IMG/VR virus record: IMGVR_UViG_3300035698_024280
DNA length: 64,000 nt
Source of the DNA: a virus
Strand: one strand, 5' to 3'
A program made the translations under genes and the position numbers. Position 1 is the first letter of the stretch, and each line of letters begins with the position of its first letter. The notes beneath the pieces are model-generated. The model had not been told where the DNA came from and searched no databases. It saw nothing but the letters and a program-made list of their open reading frames with translations. Below are positions 40,408-49,649 of the stretch, one piece after another.

Positions 40408-41253
40408 ATGTTAACAATAGGGATGCCAGTTTATGACGATTTTGATGGGGTGTTTTTTACGATTCAATCCATTAGATTAAATTGCCCTGATATGAATATA
40501 CAATTTGTGGTAATTGATAATAACCCAACTAGTGCAGATGGTAAGGCTACTAAGAAGTTTATAGAAACAGAGGTAATGGGCAAATATGTTGAATATACAG
40601 AGCGTATAGGCACCAGTATAAAGAATGAAATATTTAAACACTCTGAAACTAAATTTACATTATGTATAGATTGTCATATTCTATTACCACAAGAGAGCAT
40701 TGAAGCTCTCATCGAGTTTTATATGGAGAATCCTCTAACTGAGGATTTAATTCAAGGGCCGTTAGTATCAAATAGTCTCACTCATAGATATACACACTTT
40801 AATGAAAATTGGGGAAGCTTAATGCACGGCCAGTGGGATTTTGATGAAGTACAATATAAAAGGGGTAAGCCGTTTGAAATTAAATCGATGGGGATGGGGT
40901 TATTTTCATGCAGAACAGAGGTATGGCCTGAGTTTCATTCTCTAATGAAAGGCTTCGGGGGGGAGGAGGGCTATATTCATAAAAAATTTATGAAAAGAGG
41001 TAGTAAGTGTTTATGTATACCGCAGCTACAATGGGTACATCGTTTCGACAGACCTAGAGGTATACCATACCCAAATATTGCTGAAGATCGATTGTGGAAC
41101 TACTTTATTGGTGCATTTGATATATATGGAAATTTTACTCATTCGTATATTAGCGAAATAAAGATGAACTTCGCTAATATATTACCAGAGCTGACTATAA
41201 ATCATATTTATAACACTGCCGTCAATGAATATATTACATTTAGTAATAAATAA
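40408..41253 (+). CDS. GT2-family glycosyltransferase
   Basis: LTIGMPVYDD, FVVIDNNP, LCIDCHIL, GMGLFSCR, GFGGEEGYI, WVHRF.RP. Confidence 0.85.
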   Translation: MLTIGMPVYDDFDGVFFTIQSIRLNCPDMNIQFVVIDNNPTSADGKATKKFIETEVMGKYVEYTERIGTSIKNEIFKHSETKFTLCIDCHILLPQESIEALIEFYMENPLTEDLIQGPLVSNSLTHRYTHFNENWGSLMHGQWDFDEVQYKRGKPFEIKSMGMGLFSCRTEVWPEFHSLMKGFGGEEGYIHKKFMKRGSKCLCIPQLQWVHRFDRPRGIPYPNIAEDRLWNYFIGAFDIYGNFTHSYISEIKMNFANILPELTINHIYNTAVNEYITFSNK

Positions 41254-41258
41254 TAATA

Positions 41259-43340
41259 ATGGAGGTACACCTGCACACAAACATTAACGGCTATTTTGCA
41301 TACAATATATTTTCAGAGACTCCTGATAATGTTACATACAAATCGCCTGAATATAAAAATTTAATATTAGATACAGGTCTATCACATTTATACAATAAAT
41401 CTGTGGATGAATGTATACGGGTCATAGATTTTGGAATATCAAATAAACGTGTGGAATCAACTCAGACTGGAGTAGTTAGCTCGGCATACCCGAACGCTAC
41501 TCTATTTACTAATCTATCTGCTCTTAACTATAAATCGACGATTGATTATGAAAATTCGAAAACAATTTTTACCTCATTCTTTAGAACTAATACAACATTA
41601 AGGGATTTATCCTTACAGGAATTCTCAATTAAACCGAGCGCGTTTGAATCTGGATTTTCTAGGCAGCTTCTAGATATACCACTCAAAGGAGGAGACGGTA
41701 TTGAGTTTTCTTATAGAGTAGAAGTTGATTGGCCAGAGTATACAAACGTAAACGATTTTGAAATATCATATAGGCTAGGTCTCGAGGGGAACGAATATAA
41801 TGCTACCCCTGCAACATTTCCTACTGATTGGACTATTGCTGAGGGAATCAGTGGCATGAATGGGACGGGTATTGCAAGCGATGGTAGTAATATTGTTGTA
41901 GTTTCATCAGGAGAGACAGACCCTAAGAATGTAATGTTCTCATTAGATACTGGAGAGACCTGGTCGCCTATAGCTACAAATCTATCAACACTAAATTTTA
42001 ATGATGTAGTAAACGGGTATGATGAAAGCCTGGAAATTAATAAATTTGTAGCTGTTGGGGATGGTCGCGTGGCATATACTACTTATAACATTACTCAGTG
42101 GTACGTTGCTTTCCCTGCATATACAACAAATTGGACTGGGGTTACGTATGGAAAAATTATAGATGATACAGCCGCTGGGACATTTGTTGCAGTAGCTGAT
42201 AGTGGAACTGCCCGAGTTATGTATTCTACAACTGCCGCTGATTGGACTAGCGGTGGTAGTGATAATATAACCGGTAATTCGGAATGGTCTTCTGTTACAT
42301 ACGGACCAGTTGGAGGGTTTGTTGCTGTTGCAGCAGCTGGTAGTAATCCACAGGTAGCTTTTTCGAAGGACGCTATTACCTGGCTATCAGCAGGATCTCC
42401 CGAAGATAACAATTGGAGAGATGTTACATACGGTAATGGTAGATATGTAGCTATATCTAACGATGGTGCAAATAGAATAATGTATGCAGATGAATCCAAT
42501 CTTACTTCCTGGCTATCTGCCTCAACCCCATATCCGAATAATTGGCAGGGTATAGAATTTGGCAATAATTTGTTTGTGGCGATTGCTTCAGGGGGGACAG
42601 ACTCTTCAATGCACTCAGTGAATGGTATAGATTGGTTGCCTAATAATAGCAATATAGGATCTAAGCCTTGGGTGAGTTTAACATCTACTGGTAGTGGTGG
42701 GTTTATAGCTGTATCAAATATAAATGAATATGAAAGTATTGTATCTCATACTAAGTATATACCAACTGTTTACCCCACAACTGTCACTTCAGTATCATCA
42801 ACCCTAATTAAAATTCCATTAAGCGGTCATGTATACAATAGAGATTATTTACTATACACATTATCTGGTATGGATATGCCGATTGAACCGACGTCTGGTG
42901 CATATTTACCGCATATAAACTTTAGCACAGGGTCTGAAGAAAATTCATATACTCAGTCTGATGATACTCTTATGTATCCCAATACTGCTATTAATACTTT
43001 TCATTTCGATCACCTAAATGGTTACGGGCCCATAAAGGGCGGTATTATTACTCATGGGAGAATAGAAGATCGAACATATACCACATATAATACAGACGGG
43101 ACAAAAGTAGTTCAAATATTACCCGGGATTGAAAATGGTGTATGGCTATTTAAATGGAATATACCACGTGTACTCCAAGGTACGCAAGCTACTACTGGAC
43201 CATTAGAGTCTACATACATAATAACACCAGAGCCGGGCTCATTAGTAAAGCCGATGTTCTCAGAAACTGGTGATCAATATGCAGAAGATCTCAGTCTAAC
43301 AATAAATGTAATACATACTTGGGGGCCGTACCGTGGTTAG
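41259..43340 (+). CDS. Virion structural protein with Asp-box/BNR-like beta-propeller
   Basis: Repeats W..V.YG..G.FVAV...G...(M/A)(Y/F)S.D...W (FSLDTGETW, FSKDAITW, HSVNGIDW); late promoter 6 nt upstream. Confidence 0.6.
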   Translation: MEVHLHTNINGYFAYNIFSETPDNVTYKSPEYKNLILDTGLSHLYNKSVDECIRVIDFGISNKRVESTQTGVVSSAYPNATLFTNLSALNYKSTIDYENSKTIFTSFFRTNTTLRDLSLQEFSIKPSAFESGFSRQLLDIPLKGGDGIEFSYRVEVDWPEYTNVNDFEISYRLGLEGNEYNATPATFPTDWTIAEGISGMNGTGIASDGSNIVVVSSGETDPKNVMFSLDTGETWSPIATNLSTLNFNDVVNGYDESLEINKFVAVGDGRVAYTTYNITQWYVAFPAYTTNWTGVTYGKIIDDTAAGTFVAVADSGTARVMYSTTAADWTSGGSDNITGNSEWSSVTYGPVGGFVAVAAAGSNPQVAFSKDAITWLSAGSPEDNNWRDVTYGNGRYVAISNDGANRIMYADESNLTSWLSASTPYPNNWQGIEFGNNLFVAIASGGTDSSMHSVNGIDWLPNNSNIGSKPWVSLTSTGSGGFIAVSNINEYESIVSHTKYIPTVYPTTVTSVSSTLIKIPLSGHVYNRDYLLYTLSGMDMPIEPTSGAYLPHINFSTGSEENSYTQSDDTLMYPNTAINTFHFDHLNGYGPIKGGIITHGRIEDRTYTTYNTDGTKVVQILPGIENGVWLFKWNIPRVLQGTQATTGPLESTYIITPEPGSLVKPMFSETGDQYAEDLSLTINVIHTWGPYRG

Positions 43341-43603
43341 TCAAAAGTTTCTGCTAAACTCTTACTAAAAATTCCAGTTTCCTTTTCATGCTGTATTCTA
43401 AGTCGCATTGAGGGGAACATTTCTTTTATATAACTGTTATACGCAGATGGCTTGATCCACTTATATGATTTATTCGGATCAATTCCATTTTCTTCAGCAT
43501 AAGTGGCAGATATATTAACAGCATTCATCAAGCATAACCATCTAGCTTGCTCATCCGTCTGCATTTTATCCCATCCCTTTTTTTCTTTAATAGGTATTTT
43601 CAT
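43337..43603 (-). CDS. Hypothetical protein (weak resemblance to gp33 late co-activator)
   Basis: 88 aa; YAEENGIDP..K.IKPS recalls gp33, but the similarity is weak. Confidence 0.4.
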   Translation of the reverse strand: MKIPIKEKKGWDKMQTDEQARWLCLMNAVNISATYAEENGIDPNKSYKWIKPSAYNSYIKEMFPSMRLRIQHEKETGIFSKSLAETFD

Positions 43604-43604
43604 A

Positions 43605-43991
43605 TTATGCGAGTAATGTTCGAATCATTGAGATCATTTGATCTTTACCGACATTAAATTCATCATCTTCTAATATTAAAAATAGACTACGTATACAATT
43701 TATAATTTCTTTTAGTTTTTTAGACTTTCTCATATCTATATTATACCCCTGTTCCTTTTTTATTAATTCTTCATAACAATTGAGTGTTACTCTTAAAATA
43801 TCATTTGAGGAACCAATTTTACTGAACTGACTCTTGTGAAGATTTGCTAAGTTTATAGCGTCCATGGATTCCGGACTCGTTCTTGCAACCATCTTCAAGT
43901 ATGCACTAGTTATATCTTCATCTGAAATTAAGTCAATTGGCTTAGGACCAATTGCTGATGGTTTAGTTTCCTTATAGTCTATATTTGTCAT
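43605..43991 (-). CDS. Hypothetical protein
   Basis: 128 aa, tightly packed in the operon. Confidence 0.6.
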   Translation of the reverse strand: MTNIDYKETKPSAIGPKPIDLISDEDITSAYLKMVARTSPESMDAINLANLHKSQFSKIGSSNDILRVTLNCYEELIKKEQGYNIDMRKSKKLKEIINCIRSLFLILEDDEFNVGKDQMISMIRTLLA

Positions 43992-43992
43992 A

Positions 43993-44226
43993 TTAACAAA
44001 CCCTTAACCCTATATAATTACAAATTGTACACTTAACATCTCTCTGCGGTGGATCTGTACATAATATATACATTAAAGTGTCTTGGAGCTGGTTATTACA
44101 CTTAGGGCAAGCTAAACCTGTATCTCTTGGATACTCTGATAAGTAATACCTAGTCTTTGTAGCATTCCAAAGCTCAAGCGGCATCAGGTTTGGTATGGGT
44201 GGGGGTGGGGGTGGTTTTGTCCTCAT
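43993..44226 (-). CDS. Small Zn-ribbon protein (start may be ATG at 44184)
   Basis: CPKC...CTIC motifs. Confidence 0.55.
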   Translation of the reverse strand: MRTKPPPPPPIPNLMPLELWNATKTRYYLSEYPRDTGLACPKCNNQLQDTLMYILCTDPPQRDVKCTICNYIGLRVC

Positions 44227-44659
44227 CTGTAGAATCCCGAGTAGTTATTAAGCTGTTATATATTTCATTAATATTTTTATTTGACTGATTAATATCAACT
44301 GGGATCGTAGCAAGTATAGATGTAACATCCACTTCTACGTTTATTTGTTTATTACACACATTACAATCAAATGTGTTATCTGTATTTAGAATAATTGGTA
44401 TAAATTGCTTATTTTTCTTGAAGCATGGGCAGGAAATCTCCATACCTTGTTTCTCTAAGGTCTCTAATTCTCGGATTTGCAATTTTCTACTATATAGATG
44501 AATAAATGGTAACGAGCTCCAATATACTAATAGCTGTATTATAGTTGTAATTGCAAATACTTCAATAAATCCATGCTTTATAAAAATGAGAGCTAATGTA
44601 CTACTTATTACGCATATTGTTCCCATTGCGCGAAATATATTAAAGAGCATTTTTACCAT
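44174..44659 (-). CDS. Membrane protein with two N-terminal TM segments and Zn ribbon
   Basis: Hydrophobic residues ~10-55; CPC...CNVC. Confidence 0.6.
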   Translation of the reverse strand: MVKMLFNIFRAMGTICVISSTLALIFIKHGFIEVFAITTIIQLLVYWSSLPFIHLYSRKLQIRELETLEKQGMEISCPCFKKNKQFIPIILNTDNTFDCNVCNKQINVEVDVTSILATIPVDINQSNKNINEIYNSLITTRDSTDEDKTTPTPTHTKPDAA

Positions 44660-44665
44660 AAACTA

Positions 44666-44693
44666 ATTTTATAGTATAAAATCAACCTTTCAA
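44666..44693 (-). promoter_or_regulatory. Sigma70-like promoter TTGAAA-N16-TAAAAT
   Basis: -10 ends 6 nt before the ATG at 44659. Confidence 0.55.
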
Positions 44694-45047
44694 CTGTAAA
44701 AGATCAATTTTAATCGTTAAATCTGCCAATATCGTATTTACAGTATCTAACTCCCCGTCTATATGGGAGATTACCTCCATATGCTCTTTTTTTATGGTAG
44801 GATTTTCAAGAGATGAGTTAAATGTCTTTTTTATATCTAAAACAGAGATAAATACATCACCTATTTGATCAATAACACTATTTAACTGGTAGGGTAATCC
44901 AGATGGTGCAAGATTATTATCATTATGTTGCTGCTTATTCTTTGCAAAAATGTCACCGTTTGGCAATCTACTCTCTACATCATCTGCTGAAGAGCTCCCA
45001 ACTCCTGAACCGGATTGGCTTCTTTTTGAATTAGCTATTGTATCCAT
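44682..45047 (-). CDS. Hypothetical late protein, C-terminal helical bundle
   Basis: TAAATA 6 nt upstream. Confidence 0.6.
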   Translation of the reverse strand: MDTIANSKRSQSGSGVGSSSADDVESRLPNGDIFAKNKQQHNDNNLAPSGLPYQLNSVIDQIGDVFISVLDIKKTFNSSLENPTIKKEHMEVISHIDGELDTVNTILADLTIKIDLLQLKG

Positions 45048-45104
45048 TTATATTATTTAATCAAAAAAATAGAGAGAAACATTCCATAAGGAATAAATAA
45101 TAAT

Positions 45105-45542
45105 ATGAGTAGTCACTTATATGAAAAAGCTTTCAAAATTCACCTCGAGCAGGATGAAATGGAAATCGGTATTAATCCAGGTGCTGAAGCGGCGGCTATG
45201 TCGGATACACTAGATCCAGGGACAGATGCGAGCTCTTTAGGTGCCCCTGAGGGGGCGGGCGGGGATGTACAATCTGCAATGGCAAGAAATAACCAAGCAA
45301 TGAAAGATTCCCTAACACATTGGATTAACGAAATGGATGGTTTTGTTGAATTTTTGAACGGTCTTGATGATATGTCTGTTCAGTCCCAGTTAAAAAATTC
45401 TATACCTGATACAATTATGGATAAAATTAGATCTTCAGAGATGAAGAAAATTTCCCGAGTTTCTATGGAGGTTGCTGGATTAAAAGAGATACTGCGCGGC
45501 TATTTAGCTAGCTCGGATGACAGTAAATATAAATTTGTGTAA
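45105..45542 (+). CDS. Hypothetical late protein, putative head internal protein (N-terminal HLYEKAF)
   Basis: TAAATA 5 nt upstream; acidic; CTS-like start. Confidence 0.55.
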   Translation: MSSHLYEKAFKIHLEQDEMEIGINPGAEAAAMSDTLDPGTDASSLGAPEGAGGDVQSAMARNNQAMKDSLTHWINEMDGFVEFLNGLDDMSVQSQLKNSIPDTIMDKIRSSEMKKISRVSMEVAGLKEILRGYLASSDDSKYKFV

Positions 45543-45563
45543 TAATTAATATACCAGCAATAA

Positions 45564-45591
45564 TTGCAAAATAAGGGAAAGTTCGTATACT
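45564..45591 (+). promoter_or_regulatory. Sigma70-like promoter TTGCAA-N16-TATACT
   Basis: -10 ends 5 nt before the primase ATG. Confidence 0.6.
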
Positions 45592-45596
45592 AAGGT

Positions 45597-46619
45597 ATGG
45601 ATATTCCTAGAGAATATACCGTATTAAAATTTTTTCAGTACGGTCATAACACTAAGCATAATAAGTATAATGATTCATATCAGGCGGGATGCCCGGTATG
45701 CCGTGAGGGTAAGTCATTAGGTAAAAAGCAGAGATGTTACTATATACCAGCTAATGATATTATATACTGTCATAATTGCGGGTGGTCATCCAAGTCTATA
45801 AAATGGATTAAAGAGGTAGGATCACTAACTTATGATGAAATCTTAGAGGAAGCTCGAGATTTTGATATTGATGTAGATAAATACCTAAAGACTCGAGAGA
45901 ATGTTGAAAGCAGACGAGTTGTAAAAACATTACCTGATGACTGTATAAATTTATTTGATCCGAGTCAAGTAAAATTTTATAGTGATAATAAAGTTATACA
46001 GCAGGCACTACAAGTCATAAAGGGACGGTATATTGATACGGCCGTTAATCGACCTAAAGGTATATTTGTTTCCTTATCTGATTTCGTTCATAAAAATAGG
46101 CTGATTATACCTTTTTATGATAATTCTGAAAAGATTATTTTCTATCAATCTAGATCCATTATGGATGATAGCCTTCCAAAATATTTATCGAAAACTGACG
46201 GTATAAAGAGCTTGTACGGGTTTAATAATATAGATCCTTCCTTGGAGTATATTTTCTTATTTGAGGGGCCGATCAATAGCTTTTTTTGTAGGAATGGTGT
46301 CGCTGTTGCAGGTATACAAGAAAAGTCAACAACTAGCTTTACGAACGTCCAACAATCTCAGCTTCAAGAACTCCCATTATATAAAAGAATATGGGTTTTA
46401 GATTCTCAACAAAAAGATAGAGCCTCTAGATTAAAATCTAACATACTTGCCGATTTAGGTGAAAATATATTTGTATGGCCGAGAGGTCTAGGTAATAAGT
46501 ATAAAGACTTTAATGATATTGCAATAGACCTAAAGATAAACGAGCTACCAACAAAATATATAGTTGATAACTCGTTTAGAGGTATGGGAGCTAAGATTGC
46601 TATATCAGCTGAGGCTTAA
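45597..46619 (+). CDS. gp61: DNA primase, T4 gp61-like
   Basis: CPVCREG...R.YY...YCHNCG Zn finger; RLIIPFY...FYQSR...PKY; FEGPINS; WVLD; KDFND. Confidence 0.9.
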   Translation: MDIPREYTVLKFFQYGHNTKHNKYNDSYQAGCPVCREGKSLGKKQRCYYIPANDIIYCHNCGWSSKSIKWIKEVGSLTYDEILEEARDFDIDVDKYLKTRENVESRRVVKTLPDDCINLFDPSQVKFYSDNKVIQQALQVIKGRYIDTAVNRPKGIFVSLSDFVHKNRLIIPFYDNSEKIIFYQSRSIMDDSLPKYLSKTDGIKSLYGFNNIDPSLEYIFLFEGPINSFFCRNGVAVAGIQEKSTTSFTNVQQSQLQELPLYKRIWVLDSQQKDRASRLKSNILADLGENIFVWPRGLGNKYKDFNDIAIDLKINELPTKYIVDNSFRGMGAKIAISAEA

Positions 46620-47716
46620 GAAATATGAGACTCTACTAAATATAATGCAGATGCATCTAATAATGATAAACACTCATTATACAAAGAGATAATTAAATCT
46701 CTCTCAGAGGCTTGATCTAACTCAATATCATCTACTATACTAATAAGGCTCTCACGGCCATTATCACTCAGTATAGCTTTTGCTGCTTCGTAATTATTTT
46801 TACTAAGAGCTTTCTTTAGCTCTTTAGCCAATTGCTGTACGTCTTTAGATAATTTACTTCTAGCGGCCTCAGGAGCTGCCATCGGGTCACTTTTTTGCTT
46901 TCTAACACGAGCCGTAAAATCCTGAGAGGTCTTTGCAGACTTAGCAAAAGTTGTTAAAAACTCATAAGGGTCAAAACTCTGCCCTGTAGAATTTCCTTCA
47001 GATTTAAATTGTTGCTCTTTGAGGGTTATAAAGGATTCAAAAATCCTAGAAACCTTATCTTCTATTTCGCTGGCAGATGGCTTGCCTCCTGCAAAGTAAA
47101 TTTCATATACTAAAGTAGCCTCATCTATATTAAGGCTATCAAGATCAGCCTCTGATATATCATTAAAGCTTTTTGCCGTCTTTATATTATTTCTATCACT
47201 AGGCGACGCAGCTAGATATAAACTTCTTACAGCTTTTGTTATAAGCTTCGATAATATGGGCTTATTAGATTTATGAGCAGCTTGAATTTCAACCCTGGCA
47301 GTTTCAGCCTCTTGCTTATACCTATCAAAATTTATATTACCCCCATATAGGCTTTTTGCATTCTTTGGATCTGCTAAAATAAAAGAAGCTTGTCGAAATC
47401 TCCTAATAGACTCAAGTATATTACTTAGCGTAGATTCTAACTGATCTCCCATATCTTGTTTATAGACAATTCTCATTGCTGTAACAAACTGGTTAAACAG
47501 TTTCATATGATCTGAGACCCCTGCGTCTCTCGGATCTTTTATATTACTTTTACTGGGGGACTCTGGATTGAAATCAGATCTACCTACAGGAGAAGCTCCA
47601 GGTGATGGTGATGGGCCTGCGTTTGTCCTAGCTGAGTGGTACCGAGCGCCAGATCTACCATCTCTTGCTTCATTTATTTTATGACGTCTCATAGTATTAT
47701 GAATATAGTTTCTCAA
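46616..47716 (-). CDS. Hypothetical protein, putative head internal protein (likely starts MRRHKINEAR)
   Basis: Helical; I-N-E motif near the N-terminus; follows a late-promoter gene. Confidence 0.5.
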   Translation of the reverse strand: MRNYIHNTMRRHKINEARDGRSGARYHSARTNAGPSPSPGASPVGRSDFNPESPSKSNIKDPRDAGVSDHMKLFNQFVTAMRIVYKQDMGDQLESTLSNILESIRRFRQASFILADPKNAKSLYGGNINFDRYKQEAETARVEIQAAHKSNKPILSKLITKAVRSLYLAASPSDRNNIKTAKSFNDISEADLDSLNIDEATLVYEIYFAGGKPSASEIEDKVSRIFESFITLKEQQFKSEGNSTGQSFDPYEFLTTFAKSAKTSQDFTARVRKQKSDPMAAPEAARSKLSKDVQQLAKELKKALSKNNYEAAKAILSDNGRESLISIVDDIELDQASERDLIISLYNECLSLLDASALYLVESHIS

Positions 47717-48131
47717 TATCAGCTTCTACCTTACTAAATATACTCTCGAAGTCATCATCAGGGTGTAGAGATGGGTTTTCTACAACTACATCATCATACA
47801 TTTGTTGTATATGCTTAGACGCCTCTCTCTCTTGCATAGTGTTAGGGTGATTCATAACATCATAGGCATCGATCTCGCCGTGCGCAATCGATAATAAAAT
47901 ATCACGTACAGCGTCAGGGCAGCTGACGGAGTTATTACGCTCAACAGATTCGTTTAATTCGTGGTGAACTGTCGATACTATACCCTTTCTTAAGAAGGTA
48001 CCCACGCTAGGGTCTATCCATCGTGCTTCAACTACAGTTCGATCTCTATATTCAATTGTCCTTAAAGTCGGTGATACAGGATGCCCTGTAATAGGCGAAA
48101 TTATTTTTACTGGACGTACATTTTGTTCCAT
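47697..48131 (-). CDS. Hypothetical late protein (two-part, junction ELNES)
   Basis: TAAATA 5 nt upstream. Confidence 0.55.
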   Translation of the reverse strand: MEQNVRPVKIISPITGHPVSPTLRTIEYRDRTVVEARWIDPSVGTFLRKGIVSTVHHELNESVERNNSVSCPDAVRDILLSIAHGEIDAYDVMNHPNTMQEREASKHIQQMYDDVVVENPSLHPDDDFESIFSKVEADIEKLYS

Positions 48132-48184
48132 AATACTATTTATGGCAGATAGTAAAATCTTCCCTATTTAACCGTATTATTATA

Positions 48185-49051
48185 TTACGAAAATAGTTTC
48201 GCTATAGTATTATTTAGTACATTATCCATAAAAAATAAATTATGCCAGGATGACTCTTGTTTTAAAGTATCATATAAATTATTAGAATTACACAATTTAA
48301 CAAATATATTAAATTTGGGGTTAGGTAGCCCAACTGCTAGCTGGTTGTTATAAGTCTCATATTCATTATCCCACTCAGGTAATCCAATATTATTAAGATT
48401 AATTAACTTTAAATTGTTTTCGACAATTAAATTTTGATCCTCAGTTAGAGCAGTTTCACCGTTTAAAACTTTTAATGCCTTTTTGTTGCCAAACTTATAT
48501 ACACCTAAAATATTATCAGCTTTATCTCCTGTTATAGATTTATATTTTGCATACTGGGTAGGCTTCATGTTATACTCCGTAGTAAATTTACTAACGTCAT
48601 ACATTACTTTTTTAATTGGGGAGAAAACTGAAGTATTACTATCTATAAGCTGTAGCATATCTGTATCTACTGTTACTACTATTTTTTTGCCTTCTAGCTT
48701 ATTAGTGAGATAAAATATTATATCATCTGCCTCCCCTCGCTCTGGGTGTATATTTAAAATACCTAAGGACTCAAATATTTTTTCAATTTCCGGGGCTAGC
48801 TCATAAACTTCTGCATTATAAACCGCATCCCGATTACCCTTATATTCTGCATCTTCTGATTTACGGAAAGGCTCTTCATCACTCAACCTCCGATCCCACG
48901 CGCAATAAATATCGGTCGGTTTAAATTTTTCCTTATACATTTTAATCGATTTAAGTAAAATAGAAATATGATTTAAATCTGGATTTATATTAGATACCCA
49001 GAATGCACGATGTAACAGGTTATTACCGTCAATTATTAAGTTACTTTTCAT
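48185..49051 (-). CDS. rnh: RNase H / 5'-3' exonuclease (FEN family), T4 Rnh-like
   Basis: LIIDGNNLLHRA, AWD, YKGNR, EADDII, D.DMLQL, GDKADNI.GV. Confidence 0.92.
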   Translation of the reverse strand: MKSNLIIDGNNLLHRAFWVSNINPDLNHISILLKSIKMYKEKFKPTDIYCAWDRRLSDEEPFRKSEDAEYKGNRDAVYNAEVYELAPEIEKIFESLGILNIHPERGEADDIIFYLTNKLEGKKIVVTVDTDMLQLIDSNTSVFSPIKKVMYDVSKFTTEYNMKPTQYAKYKSITGDKADNILGVYKFGNKKALKVLNGETALTEDQNLIVENNLKLINLNNIGLPEWDNEYETYNNQLAVGLPNPKFNIFVKLCNSNNLYDTLKQESSWHNLFFMDNVLNNTIAKLFS

Positions 49052-49283
49052 TTTTCAAATATTGCAATTTTGATGTTTCAAATACATAAGATGGTATACT
49101 CTTGATATGTTTTACAATTCCCGACTCTATACCTATATCAAATGTAGGCTTATCGAGTTTACGATTCACCATTACAGGTACGGCTAAAAATTGATAGTTA
49201 TTATTATCTTCACTGCAAAATATCCACAGCTCGCCAGCGTAGTCCCCTTTATGAACTCCGAATATATCACAGTCTTTAGGCAT
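49041..49283 (-). CDS. Hypothetical protein
   Basis: 80 aa, coupled within the operon. Confidence 0.6.
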   Translation of the reverse strand: MPKDCDIFGVHKGDYAGELWIFCSEDNNNYQFLAVPVMVNRKLDKPTFDIGIESGIVKHIKSIPSYVFETSKLQYLKNEK

Positions 49284-49289
49284 TATATT

Positions 49290-49649
49290 CTAATTCGGAA
49301 TTATCGTTTCTGATCGATCCTTTATAAATTTACTATTATCACCTAACTGCTGAGCGCCATGCTTCATAAGCACTTCAACTAACACTTCCATAGATGATGT
49401 TTTTAGCTTATGGTTAACCCCAAAAGATCTACCACCGTCATCAAATGAAAATACTACCTCCTTATTGTCAAATTGATCATTACTGCATGTAATAAAAATA
49501 CTGGTATTTCCTGGGTCTACTAATACTGTCCACCTTCGAGGGTCATGTTCAGCAAATTCGTTATACATTTTAAGTACTATAAATCCGCAATCTCTCAACC
49601 TCTTTAAAAAATAACCTTGAGTATAAATATTGTTCTTTGTTTTTTTCAT
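49290..49649 (-). CDS. Hypothetical protein
   Basis: 119 aa; ATGA overlap with gp45. Confidence 0.6.
   Translation of the reverse strand: MKKTKNNIYTQGYFLKRLRDCGFIVLKMYNEFAEHDPRRWTVLVDPGNTSIFITCSNDQFDNKEVVFSFDDGGRSFGVNHKLKTSSMEVLVEVLMKHGAQQLGDNSKFIKDRSETIIPN

Noticed and set aside
38922-41253. GTs as T4-like DNA glucosyltransferases
   Set aside because: They have GT-A motifs and sit in a late structural operon, and no dCMP hydroxymethylase is visible in the window. Not fully excluded.
44174-44226. 53-nt dual-coding overlap giving a poly-Pro N-terminus
   Set aside because: A downstream ATG at 44184 gives an ordinary short overlap; the poly-Pro is probably a by-product of the other frame's Thr-Pro codons.
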